Positions 27,090-38,379 are shown, counted from the stretch's first letter. The stretch: 64,000 nt of DNA from Minisyncoccia bacterium (GCA_041738235.1 JBGSQF010000018.1:1404-65403), one strand, 5' to 3'. Translations and numbers: made by a program. Notes: generated from the letters alone by a model not told the origin.

Positions 27090-28913
27090 ATGGATAACAT
27101 CGTTTCTGAGGTAAAATCACGGCTGAACGTCGTTGATCTTATTGGGGAATATGTCCGCCTTACTAGGGCGGGTTCGAGTTTTAAGGGGCTTTGTCCGTTT
27201 CATAACGAGAAGACCCCTTCTTTTGTAGTTTCTGAGGAAAGGCAATCTTGGCATTGTTTTGGGTGTCAGAAGGGAGGGGATGCTTTTACCTTTCTTATGG
27301 AGGCGGAAGGGGTGGAGTTCCGGGAGGCCCTCAAGATCTTGGCGGATCGGACAGGGGTAGAACTCCCGCGATACAATCCCCAGGTGGAAAAGAAGATCAG
27401 ATCGTCATATGAAGTTTTGGAAAGTGCCACGAAGTGGTATGAGGAGCAGTTGCAGAGTGCTCGAGGGGAATTAGCAAAACGATATCTCCTGGAACGTGGT
27501 ATTTCAGAAGAGAGCATGCAAGTGTTTCATTTGGGGTATGCGCCACAAGGATGGAATAATATCGAAACGTTTCTAAAAACCAAAGGATATACTGCGCAGG
27601 AGATCGCACAAACGGGATTATTGGTAAGTAGACAACAAGAAACAAGCATTAAACAACAAGAAGGTCGTTCTGCGTATGATCGTTTCCGCGATCGCATTTT
27701 GTTTCCTATTGGAGATATATTGGGTCGGGTGATCGGATACAGCGCTCGTGTGATGCCTGGGGCAGATGAGAAACAGGGAAAGTACATCAATACGCCCGAG
27801 ACACCTCTCTACCACAAAAGTAAGGCCCTTTACGGGATCGCTCAGGCCAAACAGTCGATCAAGAAAGAGGATCGGGTGATCGTAGTGGAGGGAAATATGG
27901 ATGTTATCGCGATGTACCAGAGTGGATTTCAAAATACGGTGGCAGTTTCTGGAACAGCCATGACAGAGGAGCATATTGGGATACTGAGGCGATATACCAA
28001 AAATATTATTCTGTTCTTTGATATGGATCGTGCCGGTCGTGAGGCGGCATATAAGAGTACGATCTCCTGTCTTCGAGGGGAGATGAACGTTTTTTTAATG
28101 AAGGCGCAAGGAGGAAAAGATGCTGCGGAATTGGCGCAGGAACATCCAGATGAGCTACGTGCAGCGGTTCGAAATGCGCGGAGTGCAATGGAATTCTTTT
28201 GTGAAGAGATATTGGAAGGGAGCGATCTTTCGAGATCCGAAGAGAAGAAAGAGGCCGTGGAAAAACTCCTTCCGTTACTGGTGGCGTTGGTAAATGAGGT
28301 GGAGCAGTTTGACTGGGTGCGGAGGATCGCGGAACGGGTCGAGGTGGAGACATCGGCTGTTGCGGCGGCATTGCATCGGCACATTGAGCGTCAGACACAT
28401 CCTATGCGACAAGTGGAGCATCCCGGAGAAAGTGCTCCCATTGCAGAAAAGAGACGTAAAGATGTTTTACAAGAAGCGATCGTGGGAAGGATGTTCATGT
28501 ATCCGCATGTATGGAAAGAAACGGTAGCGTATATACAAAAGGAGATGGATCCATCTGTGCGTGATTTTTTGCATAAAAGCGTTCTTTTGGAGAGGGCATT
28601 TTCGTTGGGCGAGTCCGTCGGGTATGATTTTGGTCAGTTTCGATTGTCGTTGGAGGAAGGTACTTTGGTGGATGAAGCTCAAAGAATAGTGTCACATTTT
28701 GGAGAGTTTGGTGTAGAAGAAAGTGGAGGTGATGCAGAAAGATGGGATGAAACAAAAAAACTTATTTTACAGTTGGAGAAGGAAATGTGGAAGCAGATCC
28801 TCGAACAGTTGGTAAAAGATATTCGGAAGTCGGACCAAGCCGGTGATATTGCAACGCGCGATACGCTTGCTCGTCGGTTTGGAGAGGTTTCCCAAAAATT
28901 GCAATCATTTTAA
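27090..28913 (+). CDS. dnaG: DNA primase
   Basis: [11 protein letters not shown]...HCFGC zinc finger; [11 protein letters not shown]; KYINTPET; VVEGNMD; FDMDRAG Toprim. Confidence 0.97.
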   Translation: MDNIVSEVKSRLNVVDLIGEYVRLTRAGSSFKGLCPFHNEKTPSFVVSEERQSWHCFGCQKGGDAFTFLMEAEGVEFREALKILADRTGVELPRYNPQVEKKIRSSYEVLESATKWYEEQLQSARGELAKRYLLERGISEESMQVFHLGYAPQGWNNIETFLKTKGYTAQEIAQTGLLVSRQQETSIKQQEGRSAYDRFRDRILFPIGDILGRVIGYSARVMPGADEKQGKYINTPETPLYHKSKALYGIAQAKQSIKKEDRVIVVEGNMDVIAMYQSGFQNTVAVSGTAMTEEHIGILRRYTKNIILFFDMDRAGREAAYKSTISCLRGEMNVFLMKAQGGKDAAELAQEHPDELRAAVRNARSAMEFFCEEILEGSDLSRSEEKKEAVEKLLPLLVALVNEVEQFDWVRRIAERVEVETSAVAAALHRHIERQTHPMRQVEHPGESAPIAEKRRKDVLQEAIVGRMFMYPHVWKETVAYIQKEMDPSVRDFLHKSVLLERAFSLGESVGYDFGQFRLSLEEGTLVDEAQRIVSHFGEFGVEESGGDAERWDETKKLILQLEKEMWKQILEQLVKDIRKSDQAGDIATRDTLARRFGEVSQKLQSF

Positions 28914-28953
28914 TTTACTAACGTATTCGCGAGCATATCGCGAGCAATTGTAT

Positions 28954-30411
28954 ATGAAGAAGGCGACTAAAAAAAAGCAACCGACGGCGAAAGGGGCAAG
29001 TAAGAAAAAGACGCAAAGAAAGAACGTAGCAAAGATGAAAAAACCCCAAAAAAAGGTGGCTCGGGTTGTTGTACAGAAAAAGAAGGATGCAAAAAAGAAG
29101 GTGGTCAAGAAGTCTTCCAAAAAGGTGATAAAAAGATCGACAAAGAAGGTATCGACAAAAAAGAACGTAGTAAAAAATGGCCGAACAGGAAAAGGGAAGA
29201 GATCGCCGGGAGAAAAAAAGAAGAAAATATCCAATAGACAAAAAAGTCGCCAGAAATCCCCAAAAAAAGGGAAGGGGAAAGAAGAAGACCTTTCGTTGGA
29301 TGGGATCATCCCCAAGACTCCTGAGGAAATTCTTGCGGAGATCGTGGAGCGTGGAAAGCAGCGTGGGTTTGTGACCGAGGACGAGATCATTCACATCATG
29401 CCGGACATTGAGACGGATCTGGATAATGTGGAGAATTTGTATGAAAAGTTGGAAACTTCAGGGATCAAAGTGATAAGCTCTGACGAGCTTTTAAAGGTTT
29501 CGCCAAAAGAAGACCAAAAAAAGGTGGGAAAGCAGGTAAAGGATTCAGCCTTTTTGGCACGCGTTGGAGAAGATGGTGATGGGTCGAGGGATCTGGTGCA
29601 GATGTATCTCAAGGAGATTGGCCGTGTGTCACTTCTCAATTTCGAACAAGAGATCGCACTTGCCAAGGCGATCGAGAAGGGTGATTCAATGGCAAAACAG
29701 CGTCTTACCGAGGCAAACTTGAGATTGGTGGTGAGTATTGCCAAGAAATATGTTGGACGTTCGCAGAGCTTGTCCCTTCTCGATCTTATCCAAGAGGGAA
29801 ATATCGGACTTTTTCGTGCGGTGGAAAAGTTCGATTACCGTAAGGGATACAAGTTCTCTACATATGCGACATGGTGGATCCGTCAGGCGATCACAAGGGC
29901 CTTGGCCGACCAGTCGCGAACGATCCGTATTCCAGTGCATATGGTAGAAACGATCAATAAGTATATGCAGATACTGCGTCGGTTGGTGCAGGAGCTTGGA
30001 CGTGATCCGCTTCCAGAAGAGATTGCCGCTGAGATGGATCTTGATGTGAGCAAGATCCGCTATATTCAAAAAATATCTCAAGAGACGGTTTCTCTGGAGA
30101 CTTCGGTGGGAGATAGTGATGAGGATAGTGTGTTAGGCGATTTTATCGAGGACACGGAGACACTCATGCCCAATCAGTCAGCTTCTCGAAAATTGCTTAG
30201 AAGACACATTGAAGAAGTATTGGAAGATCTTACGCCGAGAGAACAAAAGATCCTTCAAATACGCTTTGGACTTGAAGATGGTATCACGCACACTTTGGAA
30301 GAGGTGGGGCAGGAATTTGGTGTGACGCGCGAACGTATCCGACAGATCGAGGCCAAGGCGCTTGAAAAGATCCGCGATCACGATATTGCCAAGAAGTTGA
30401 AGGACTATTAA
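28954..30411 (+). CDS. rpoD: RNA polymerase primary sigma factor with Lys-rich N-terminal extension
   Basis: [55 protein letters not shown]; ATG at 28954. Confidence 0.96.
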   Translation: MKKATKKKQPTAKGASKKKTQRKNVAKMKKPQKKVARVVVQKKKDAKKKVVKKSSKKVIKRSTKKVSTKKNVVKNGRTGKGKRSPGEKKKKISNRQKSRQKSPKKGKGKEEDLSLDGIIPKTPEEILAEIVERGKQRGFVTEDEIIHIMPDIETDLDNVENLYEKLETSGIKVISSDELLKVSPKEDQKKVGKQVKDSAFLARVGEDGDGSRDLVQMYLKEIGRVSLLNFEQEIALAKAIEKGDSMAKQRLTEANLRLVVSIAKKYVGRSQSLSLLDLIQEGNIGLFRAVEKFDYRKGYKFSTYATWWIRQAITRALADQSRTIRIPVHMVETINKYMQILRRLVQELGRDPLPEEIAAEMDLDVSKIRYIQKISQETVSLETSVGDSDEDSVLGDFIEDTETLMPNQSASRKLLRRHIEEVLEDLTPREQKILQIRFGLEDGITHTLEEVGQEFGVTRERIRQIEAKALEKIRDHDIAKKLKDY

Positions 30412-30482
30412 AAAGTCCAAGCAGAGGAAAAGAAGTGTGGGCGGGCTTTCAGCTCGCCCTTTTTTCTGTGTGGGGGAGACGC

Positions 30483-30510
30483 TTGCCAAAAGGGTATTTT
30501 CTGGTACAAT
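30483..30510 (+). promoter_or_regulatory. Promoter for tRNA-Asn
   Basis: TTGCCA, 16 nt, TACAAT with extended TG, just after the rpoD terminator hairpin. Confidence 0.6.
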
Positions 30511-30572
30511 CTTGGTTGTACTGTTTTGGTTTCGGTATGTTTTCCGAGCGGACAATTTTTTGCAAAATACAT

Positions 30573-30647
30573 TCCGGCGTGGCGCAGCGGTAGCGCAGGG
30601 GACTGTTAATCCCTTGGTCGTAGGTTCGAATCCTACCGCCGGAGCCA
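30573..30647 (+). tRNA. tRNA-Asn(GTT)
   Basis: Acceptor TCCGGCG/CGCCGGA, anticodon loop CT-GTT-AA, GTTCGAATCC, encoded CCA. Confidence 0.97.
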
Positions 30648-30756
30648 AGAAAAAACCACCTCCATTTTGGGGGTGGTTTTTCTTTGCTCTCCGTCGAGTA
30701 GGATGAGAAGTTTATACTCGGTAGCGTAGCGGACGGGTAAATCCTACCGCCGGAGC
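30640..30756 (+). repeat. 117-bp direct repeat, left copy (includes attL)
   Basis: Identical by eye to 50085-50201; contains a terminator hairpin and ends in a 17-bp copy of the tRNA 3' segment. Confidence 0.95.
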
Positions 30757-32348
30757 ATTTCAGGACAACGAGCCCAAAAAGGCTCGTTTTCCATTTTTAT
30801 AGAGCCATTTTTAGCGGTTCGAACACGCTCATTTTCTCGAGACAGGATTTTTTGCATTTTTTGAAATTGCGGATACGGTTTTTCCATTGTATAAGCGACT
30901 TTTCCGTCTTTTACGGAGAGGTTCGAACAAATCGTCCGCAATACCTCTTTTTTGCGCGCGGGATTCTTGGTTTGCGAAAAAGCGTCCCGTGCCGTCACCG
31001 CGAAATCGAAGGCGCGTTCCGTTTCGGTGATCCAATCGTCCATACTGCCGTCGATATTTTCCATCACTTTTTGCAATCGATTTTTTTCTTTTGACAGCGT
31101 TTCTTTTTTGATGCGAAATTCTTCTTCCGTTATCTCTCCGCCCGCCCGCATATCGATGATCGCGTCGATTTTCTTGCAACACCAATCATGCGCGCTCCGC
31201 TGATTGACCAACAAGGATTCCCGCATACCCGACTCCTCCCGATTTTCTTTTGCAATAATGCCCATCGCCCACTTGGCAAAGTCCGAAGGAAGGGCGACCG
31301 ATTCGACGATATTCGCCATCTGTCCCGCAAGGTCTTTTTCGTGCACCACACTTTGAGCGCATTTCGGAATACCTTTCTTTTTGACGCAGTGGTAATGCGT
31401 GTACAAACGCACCACCCCGTTTTTTTGCACTTTTCTCCGATACTCCGCTGTCATTGTTTGCCCGCATTCCCCGCATACCATAAGTCCCGTAAAGGGGAAA
31501 AGGTGTTTTTGCCTTCGGTCTTTCATTTTCCGCCCCAAAATAACTTGGATCTTTTCGTGTTCCTGTTTTGTGATCATCGGCGTATGCGCCCCTTTGTACC
31601 AATTCCCGCTCCCTTCGGGATATTCGAATTCCCCGTAAAAAAACGGATCGCTGAGCATATCGTACCACGCGGAGCGCGAAAGCGGTTTGCCGTTTTCTTT
31701 TCGAAGCCCCCATTCGTTCGTCGCGATTTCCAATACGCGAGATGCCGACTGCTCGCAAGAAAGCACTATTCGAAACATCTTTTGCACAAGAGGGAACGCC
31801 GTTTCGTCGGTTATAATCGTTTTAAATCCCTTTGCCTTGTCGGGCGTGTTTCTATAGCCCACGCGCGTTGTTCCCGGATGCCACCCCATTTCCGCCTTTC
31901 GCTTGAGTCCGCGCTTTACGTCCACGCCCTTGTTATCGTTTTCGAGTTTGGCCTGCGAACAAAACAGATTGAGCAGAAATTTGTCGTTCGGATCGTTTCG
32001 AAAAATTTGATTTATAGTGCGGACTTCCGAAAGTTTTCCCCGATCCATCAAGTCGATAATCGTTCCCGCATCGCCCGCGTTTCTCGAAAGCCGGTTGATA
32101 TTCCAAAGCAGTATCGCGTCGGCCTCTCTCTTTTCGATGCGATCGATCATTTTGTTGAAAAGGGGTCTCGCTCCGCGCGCTTTGGCGCTGTGCGACTCGC
32201 GGACGATTTCAACGACATTCATTCCGTCCGAAGCGATTACGGGGCGCAATTCCGCCTCTTGCGACTCAATGGACAGTGCCTGCCGATCCTCCGCCTCGCT
32301 CGACTTTCGAAGGTACACGATAAACCGCAAAGCATTTTTGGGAAGCAT
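30744..32348 (-). CDS. Large serine recombinase (integrase)
   Basis: YLRKSS catalytic motif, SIESQ, ESHSAK, RLSRN; recombinase domain; CGECG...HC zinc ribbon; coiled coil. Confidence 0.95.
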   Translation of the reverse strand: MLPKNALRFIVYLRKSSEAEDRQALSIESQEAELRPVIASDGMNVVEIVRESHSAKARGARPLFNKMIDRIEKREADAILLWNINRLSRNAGDAGTIIDLMDRGKLSEVRTINQIFRNDPNDKFLLNLFCSQAKLENDNKGVDVKRGLKRKAEMGWHPGTTRVGYRNTPDKAKGFKTIITDETAFPLVQKMFRIVLSCEQSASRVLEIATNEWGLRKENGKPLSRSAWYDMLSDPFFYGEFEYPEGSGNWYKGAHTPMITKQEHEKIQVILGRKMKDRRQKHLFPFTGLMVCGECGQTMTAEYRRKVQKNGVVRLYTHYHCVKKKGIPKCAQSVVHEKDLAGQMANIVESVALPSDFAKWAMGIIAKENREESGMRESLLVNQRSAHDWCCKKIDAIIDMRAGGEITEEEFRIKKETLSKEKNRLQKVMENIDGSMDDWITETERAFDFAVTARDAFSQTKNPARKKEVLRTICSNLSVKDGKVAYTMEKPYPQFQKMQKILSRENERVRTAKNGSIKMENEPFWARCPEMLRR

Positions 32349-32512
32349 AGAAATGTAAATATAAATGGATTAATGAGAATACCAAAAGGGGACGACCCCG
32401 GCTTACCCAACGCACCACGAATGATTTGTCGGCGGAATCGCCCCCTTTTGGAGACAAGAAAATTCGCAGTATCGCGGAGGGTAAGCATTTTTAGTATACC
32501 GAATTTTCAGAA

Positions 32513-33091
32513 TTATTTCAAGCAATCAAATCTCCGTGCCATACGGAAAAACGACTGTTCGAGCGAGTGTTCTTTTTTGAGGTAGGCGCGGTATTTCCGT
32601 GTCGGTTTTCCGCGATAGAAATACCGTCCGATTTTTTTCTCGCTTTCTTCCAAATCGGGGATCGTATACGCGTATCCGCAAATGCGCGAATCGTACGTCA
32701 ATTCGAGGCAGTGCCGGCACGCAAAATACGAACACCCTCCGCCCAGATACAATTTTGCGACTCTTCGTCCGCAGTAGATGCCGTTTTTGAGAATCGAACA
32801 TCGGAAAAAATACCGCCTCCCTCCGTATCGGCAGGGGAGGGAGACAATGGGATATTTTTGGCTTATTTCTCTCTTCTCCCCCGTTTGCCAATCGGTGACG
32901 GTGTAGTTGAGTTTCAAATACGACTCTTCCCCGTCCTCCCCGATGTTGATTGTATATCCGACACTGTTTTTTCTTTCGCTCCATCCGCTCGTCCACGTAA
33001 CCGTACCCGAAGCATACCCGACCAAAGATCCCCATCGCTTGAAATCGTAGATGCTTATCGTATGGCATTCTTCTTTTTGCAGTTTTCCCAT
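32513..33091 (-). CDS. Hypothetical zinc-binding protein of mobile elements
   Basis: PCRYGGRRYFFRC...CGRRVAKLY...FACRHC..L.Y; likely ATG at 33091. Confidence 0.75.
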   Translation of the reverse strand: MGKLQKEECHTISIYDFKRWGSLVGYASGTVTWTSGWSERKNSVGYTINIGEDGEESYLKLNYTVTDWQTGEKREISQKYPIVSLPCRYGGRRYFFRCSILKNGIYCGRRVAKLYLGGGCSYFACRHCLELTYDSRICGYAYTIPDLEESEKKIGRYFYRGKPTRKYRAYLKKEHSLEQSFFRMARRFDCLK

Positions 33092-33104
33092 ATAACCGAA
33101 ATAA

Positions 33105-35360
33105 TTAAAGATTGATACCGTTTCCCACCGAATCCCCGAATATGTCCAAAGCGTCTTCAAACAGTTGATCCGGTTTCGTTTCATTTTTTACCCCACCCCC
33201 GCTCTCACGATTGTTTTCCGTTTCCTCGTCCCTTCCCGCGCACGGATAGATAAGTATCTTTCTTTTGTCCGAAGGATCGCGCTCTTGTTCCACCAATCCC
33301 GACGCTTCCAAAGGCGGGAGAATTTGTTGCCTGAAACGCCAATCTTCGAGAAAGCGTCCGTGCACTTCTTGATACTTTTTCAAAATCTCGTGCTTCCCAA
33401 GTCCCACGACAACGCTCAAACCCTCGTTTTTCTTTTGGAAGGCGGGGAGGATCACCGTTTTGTACACTTCGTACACGTACGGCGAGAGATTATACTCTTG
33501 GCTTTCGGAAATCGCTCCCCACAAAGAGACGGCTTCCCGCAAATCGTCCCCGTTTGCCGTGAGACAATTTCCGTTTCGTTTGCGAAACCACACGTTAAGG
33601 AGCGCAAACATCCGCACAAAGGCGATAAACCGCGCGATATCTCTCTGATGGCGCGGTTTGAGATGCGCCTTGCCCTCCAAAAAAATCTTTTCGATCTCTT
33701 CGGGAGAAGACAACATAATTTCGCCAATGTGTTCGTTCCGTATCGCCAAAAGGCGATCCATAAGAAGCGACCGCGCTGGATTTTCGTCGAGGATTTTTTG
33801 GTACGCCTCCGGATCGGTCTCGCGCAAAATCTTTTCGTGAATGCCAGCGCGCACCTTTTCGGGATCAGCTTCGGGAGAAAGCAAAAGAAATCGCGTCCCT
33901 TCCTGTTCGTCAATGAGAATCCCCGCACTGCAAAAAATGACCGCGGGAAATCCCTTGATAAAAATCGTTTTCGTTCGCATTCCGCTCTTTTGGCTTTTGT
34001 CCGTAATCTTGACTGTCATCTCTTTTTTGTCGTGAGAAAGAAGCGGGCGAAGCCGTTCCAAAAGTTGCGTATGCGGTTGATCGAGAAAAATCAAAATCTT
34101 TCGCGACAAATCGATCTCGATTCCGCCCCGTTCCTTGTTGTACACGCCCGCATCGTGAAAAAACGAAGTGGGGGAGCAATACCCGATTTCGATCACGTCC
34201 TCCGGGGGAAACAATTTTGCAATCTCCGTCGGGATGTAACTCTTTCCGGTGGAAGAGGGCGCATTCAAACTGATGTTTATTTGCGCCGATTCCGTATACG
34301 CCGAGAGTTCGCACAAAAACGTCGCCAATTTGTTGGAGTCGTCCTTTTTGATAGTAAGTCCCAACACGTCGAGAAGTTCTTTTGAGCCGATCGGAGAAAA
34401 TCGCGAAACGTCAATCGGCTCTTTTCCCCCCGCAAACGTCGCGAGGGCACGTAATTCCTCCGCGCTTCCTCCGCAGTCACCGAAATAGTTTGAGATGTCG
34501 CTTCCCTTGGGGAGCACCTCCGGCAACTCCGCCCGAAAGACGCTCGTTTGCGGAAGTTCTTCCGACAAGAGCGCAATCACCCGATCTGTGCCTTTCTGTC
34601 CCGCCTCGTCATTGTCAAAACACACCACAACGCGGGAAACCCGTACGAACGCCTCCGCCCATTCCCGCTTAAACGTACCCGCGCCCGCCGTCGAAGTCAC
34701 GGCGCAAAATCCCTTTTGGGACAACATCATCTGATCGAATTCCCCCTCGCAAATCCACACCTCGCCCGCCTCCGCGATGGACTCCTTTCCGTACAAAGAC
34801 GCTCCCGATCCGGTGGGATAAAACTTGTACTTGTCGGGATTCGTTTCTTCCTCCGCGGGGTCTCGGCGCAATTTGAGAAACGCCCATCCCCCCGTATCGT
34901 TGGGAACGGGAATCGTGATCCAATTTTTCCGGTAGAAACGGCCATACCCGATCTTTTGCTTCTCGATTGTTTCGTCCGTGATGCCCCGACCGTTGAGATA
35001 CGTCCGAATTCGCTCCGGTACACTCTCCGCGCACCGTTCCGCCACGCTCCCGTCGAATCGCGCGGGACTTTTGCGTGTCGTGACCTTCTCGCCCCCGATC
35101 GGACTCCGCGCCACGTCGCCGGGCGTATCTCCCAACGCCTTGGCAAGGGTAAAGATATTTCCCGACGCATTGCATTTCTTGCAATGATATTGCCCTGTCT
35201 CGCTTGAAAGATATAAATGCCCCTCTGCGCCCCGACTGTCCTTGTCGCATGCGCCGAACAAACACTTTGCGATAAGTTCCCCGTTGCTTTCTTTGAATGC
35301 GATACCTTTTTTCTCCAAATACTCCCGAATCGTTATCGTTTCCATACTGTTTTTTTGCAT
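33105..35360 (-). CDS. Primase-helicase (zinc finger, Toprim, P-loop NTPase)
   Basis: CLFGAC/HCKKC; ICEGEFD and CFDNDEAG Toprim; APSSTGKS Walker A. Confidence 0.85.
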   Translation of the reverse strand: MQKNSMETITIREYLEKKGIAFKESNGELIAKCLFGACDKDSRGAEGHLYLSSETGQYHCKKCNASGNIFTLAKALGDTPGDVARSPIGGEKVTTRKSPARFDGSVAERCAESVPERIRTYLNGRGITDETIEKQKIGYGRFYRKNWITIPVPNDTGGWAFLKLRRDPAEEETNPDKYKFYPTGSGASLYGKESIAEAGEVWICEGEFDQMMLSQKGFCAVTSTAGAGTFKREWAEAFVRVSRVVVCFDNDEAGQKGTDRVIALLSEELPQTSVFRAELPEVLPKGSDISNYFGDCGGSAEELRALATFAGGKEPIDVSRFSPIGSKELLDVLGLTIKKDDSNKLATFLCELSAYTESAQINISLNAPSSTGKSYIPTEIAKLFPPEDVIEIGYCSPTSFFHDAGVYNKERGGIEIDLSRKILIFLDQPHTQLLERLRPLLSHDKKEMTVKITDKSQKSGMRTKTIFIKGFPAVIFCSAGILIDEQEGTRFLLLSPEADPEKVRAGIHEKILRETDPEAYQKILDENPARSLLMDRLLAIRNEHIGEIMLSSPEEIEKIFLEGKAHLKPRHQRDIARFIAFVRMFALLNVWFRKRNGNCLTANGDDLREAVSLWGAISESQEYNLSPYVYEVYKTVILPAFQKKNEGLSVVVGLGKHEILKKYQEVHGRFLEDWRFRQQILPPLEASGLVEQERDPSDKRKILIYPCAGRDEETENNRESGGGVKNETKPDQLFEDALDIFGDSVGNGINL

Positions 35361-35392
35361 ACGCTGTGTAAATAATAATGTGAATTAAATGC

Positions 35393-35602
35393 TTACTTTT
35401 CCGATATTTCCCCCAACCCCCGCAAAATTGCCTCCCGATCTCCTTCGTCGTACTCTTCCGCATCAACCAGTGCAGTAAACGCCTTCCGAATCTCCTTTGC
35501 TCCGATGCCCCGTCCCGTGATCGCCTGCGCAAAGCACGCGTAACTCGAAAGCCCGGGATTTCTTTCCGCAATCTCCTCAAACCGCTGGTGTATTGTTTTC
35601 AT
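35393..35602 (-). CDS. Small hypothetical protein
   Basis: 69-aa ORF packed in the replication operon. Confidence 0.6.
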   Translation of the reverse strand: MKTIHQRFEEIAERNPGLSSYACFAQAITGRGIGAKEIRKAFTALVDAEEYDEGDREAILRGLGEISEK

Positions 35603-35768
35603 AGTGTTGTATTTTTTCTTGAATGTTTTCCCGCTCCGTCTCCCGAACGACCCGCACCAAACGCACGACCCTCTCGCCCGCCTCCCGCGCCTCCTCGTCG
35701 CTTAAAACGACCCCGAAACGGTTTTGGTACAGCGTCTTGAACGTTTGAATGTCGGCGTTGTCGAGCAT
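35577..35768 (-). CDS. Small hypothetical protein
   Basis: IQTFKTLYQNRFGVVLSDEEA; tight operon packing. Confidence 0.65.
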   Translation of the reverse strand: MLDNADIQTFKTLYQNRFGVVLSDEEAREAGERVVRLVRVVRETERENIQEKIQHYENNTPAV

Positions 35769-35774
35769 ACGAAA

Positions 35775-36101
35775 TTATCGGTAAATTTGATTTTTGAGCG
35801 ACCGCAAATTATCCGCAAATGTTCGCGCCCGCACCTCGAGCCGATTGAGAAAATACCGCTGTGCCATAAGTTCGATGTCCTCCTTTACGAAAAACACGAA
35901 CACGCAATTTTTCGGATCGCTCTTGTCAATCCGTTTGATCGCGTACCCCGCCGGAACCGACAAAAGCGCGCTCGCGCAATGAATGTCCCGAATCACAAAA
36001 ACCCCCTCCTCCTCCCTTTCTTTTTTCTCCTCTTCTCTCTCCCCGCAAGCATCTTTTCGCATAGGCGTAATGCTAATGATTATTGGGTGAAAAAAATTCA
36101 C
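35775..36101 (-). CDS. DUF5659-like small protein
   Basis: DIHCASALL...FVF...LEV.ARTF...LKNQIY; start uncertain. Confidence 0.55.
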   Translation of the reverse strand: MNFFHPIIISITPMRKDACGEREEEKKEREEEGVFVIRDIHCASALLSVPAGYAIKRIDKSDPKNCVFVFFVKEDIELMAQRYFLNRLEVRARTFADNLRSLKNQIYR

Positions 36102-36251
36102 CTATATCTATCGCACAAGTCCTTTTTGGAGCGTGTCAAGAGATATGCTTAAAAATGCAAAAAAATCCCTAAAATAAGGGATTTTTTTTGAAAAAAAGAG
36201 TGTTATGGAGGACTTCCCGCATTTCCCGGGAAGCGTGCCGGGAAGTGTTTT

Positions 36252-37208
36252 TTAGGGGAGAGCGTCGGGACTGATTCGGTATTCGTTTATTTTTCCGTTT
36301 TTCCTTGTTTGTATGATTTCCAGTCCGATCTTTTCGGCTATGGCGCAAATGATCGAACGTTCGTTTGAGACGGTTTTTTGCTCGACACCCATTCTTTGCG
36401 CCAGATCTTTTCTTGTATGCCAAACATTCCTACTCCCTTTTCCTTCGTGATGCAGAAAAGCGAGAATATTATGAGCCGTTTCGGTTATTTCTTCCTTTTG
36501 TCGGTATATTCCAACCGCGTCCCCGTCCCACAAAATCGCGCGCTTTTCAAGCGACGCAAACCCGTTTTTTCCGAGAGGAATCCCGTCCTTTTCCGATGGC
36601 CGTCCCGTATGACCGAAAAACTTTCGGAAAAGAGTTTTGTCGAAAATCGCATTTTTATTTTTGGAAAGAATTTTGTCGAGTGCAATGCACAAGACATCCC
36701 CATCGATTTTTCGCGCCGGAGCAAAAGGCAAGAAAATGACCGCTCTTTCACTTGATTGTTGGGCGAGATCGATTGCCTTGCTTGTGTCAAACGCGTCCGC
36801 GTTTCGCGCGAAGAAAAACATGCGCGATTCCCCCGCAAGAAAATGCGACCCGAGCGACCATGTCTTTTCCGAAATCGAAGCCCGACCGCCGATTCCGAGA
36901 TCGCCCAAAAGACGCAAGAGCAATGCCTCGACATCGATCCGCCACTCTTTCGTCTCATTTTTCTCGATAAATTGAAACCGTGTCGAACCGCACTCGTTGC
37001 AAAAAATACACAATTTTCTAAATTTTTCCAATATCTCGCATGGCGTATGGCAATTATGGCACGGCGCATTTTGTGCCTTTCTCTCATACAGAATTCTTGC
37101 TTTAATCGCCCGCGCAATTTCTTTCTCAAAAGGAAAAACGGACTCCCAAGATAAAGAGGGAGATTCGTTTTCAACTGCGAGAAGTATTTTATGCATCAAA
37201 TCCTTCAT
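36252..37208 (-). CDS. Hypothetical protein with zinc ribbon and C-terminal winged HTH
   Basis: CHNC...CNEC; TRKDLAQRMGVEQKTVSN...YRI; ATG 37208 overlaps the upstream gene. Confidence 0.7.
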   Translation of the reverse strand: MKDLMHKILLAVENESPSLSWESVFPFEKEIARAIKARILYERKAQNAPCHNCHTPCEILEKFRKLCIFCNECGSTRFQFIEKNETKEWRIDVEALLLRLLGDLGIGGRASISEKTWSLGSHFLAGESRMFFFARNADAFDTSKAIDLAQQSSERAVIFLPFAPARKIDGDVLCIALDKILSKNKNAIFDKTLFRKFFGHTGRPSEKDGIPLGKNGFASLEKRAILWDGDAVGIYRQKEEITETAHNILAFLHHEGKGSRNVWHTRKDLAQRMGVEQKTVSNERSIICAIAEKIGLEIIQTRKNGKINEYRISPDALP

Positions 37209-38379
37209 CGATTCCCGTGTCTTTAAGAATACGGCACGCTTTTTTCTCAAACTCGTCGATCATGCCGAGGTCGCATTTATCGACCCAATCAATGAAGAAA
37301 GAAATCGCTTTGATTCCCCCCTTTGCCTCTTGGCTTTTGAAGCGAAACGAGAAACACGCGCGGTCTATGTAAATTTCTTTATTATTGAGAGCCTTTTGCA
37401 ATCCCAAAGAGTGAGCCATTGTTTTGATGCCATCCGCCCCTGTACTTTTTTTGTCGTTTGGAGGCATGGAGAGAACAACCCTTTTTCCCGTGTTGGTATA
37501 CCGCAAATGAAGCGACCGTAACAACCACGAATCCAAATCGGGAACATTGTCCGCGTTTATTTCGAAATCGTTTTTCATAATAAGGCGCAAATTGTGTTTC
37601 GGGCGCGCTTTCTCGAGAGGGATGCCGAACACCGTTTCGAGGAACACGTTCAGATATTCGTCCCGTGCTTGCCATGATCCTTTTGCTTTGACGTGCAACT
37701 CATTTTCTTTGGGGAGATAGAGAAAATAGATTGCGTCGAGCGCGCGAAAGATCGCCAAGCGGTCCGGCTTGCCACTCTTGTCCATTTGCGTGCACACCTG
37801 CGGATGATCGTCGAACGAAATCGTCGCGCAGGAGTCCTCTTCTATTTTTCGTACATCCACCCAGCATGTTTTGCCTCTTCCTTCTCCTTGGAACATTGAT
37901 TGAAACGCTTCTTTTAAGATTGTTTTTTTGCTTTCCATTATTGATATTGTCGTTTTTGGAACGGGATATCGTTTCCATCCTGAAAGGTCTTGAAACTCCA
38001 AAATCGCCATCGCTTCTTCGAAAACGTCTTCCCTTTCGAGATAATAAAAAAGCGCGCGGTCGCGCATGCTGTAATTGAGACATCTCGAGTCGTCAACGGG
38101 AATGTTGAAATCGCGAATAATGCCTTGAATAGTGGCTACGCCCCGATAATTGCCGAGTATGTCCACTGCAGTAAGTCCGTCCTCCGCTTTTTTTCGGTCA
38201 TCTTCGTCAAGGGAATTGAAAAAATCAAGGATTCTTTCGGAAATAAGTTTTTTTTCTTTTTTATTGGTGACCCTTGGAACATTTGAAGGAAATCCGGTTA
38301 TTTTTCTTGAATCGAAAAAACGCTTGAGAAGATCTGTTTCCTTGACGGAATGAAAAAATACGGGAGGAACAAACGCCAT
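37189..38379 (-). CDS. Hypothetical protein
   Basis: 396-aa ORF with AGAGG RBS, coupled to the downstream wHTH gene. Confidence 0.75.
   Translation of the reverse strand: MAFVPPVFFHSVKETDLLKRFFDSRKITGFPSNVPRVTNKKEKKLISERILDFFNSLDEDDRKKAEDGLTAVDILGNYRGVATIQGIIRDFNIPVDDSRCLNYSMRDRALFYYLEREDVFEEAMAILEFQDLSGWKRYPVPKTTISIMESKKTILKEAFQSMFQGEGRGKTCWVDVRKIEEDSCATISFDDHPQVCTQMDKSGKPDRLAIFRALDAIYFLYLPKENELHVKAKGSWQARDEYLNVFLETVFGIPLEKARPKHNLRLIMKNDFEINADNVPDLDSWLLRSLHLRYTNTGKRVVLSMPPNDKKSTGADGIKTMAHSLGLQKALNNKEIYIDRACFSFRFKSQEAKGGIKAISFFIDWVDKCDLGMIDEFEKKACRILKDTGIDEGFDA

Noticed and set aside
28905-29394. Phe-rich minus-strand ORFs that look like membrane proteins
   Set aside because: Antisense shadows of the Lys-rich (AAA/AAG) rpoD extension
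31188-35580. Long alternative ORFs (465, 406 and 303 aa) overlapping the recombinase and primase
   Set aside because: Antisense or off-frame shadows with no motifs, overlapping well-supported genes
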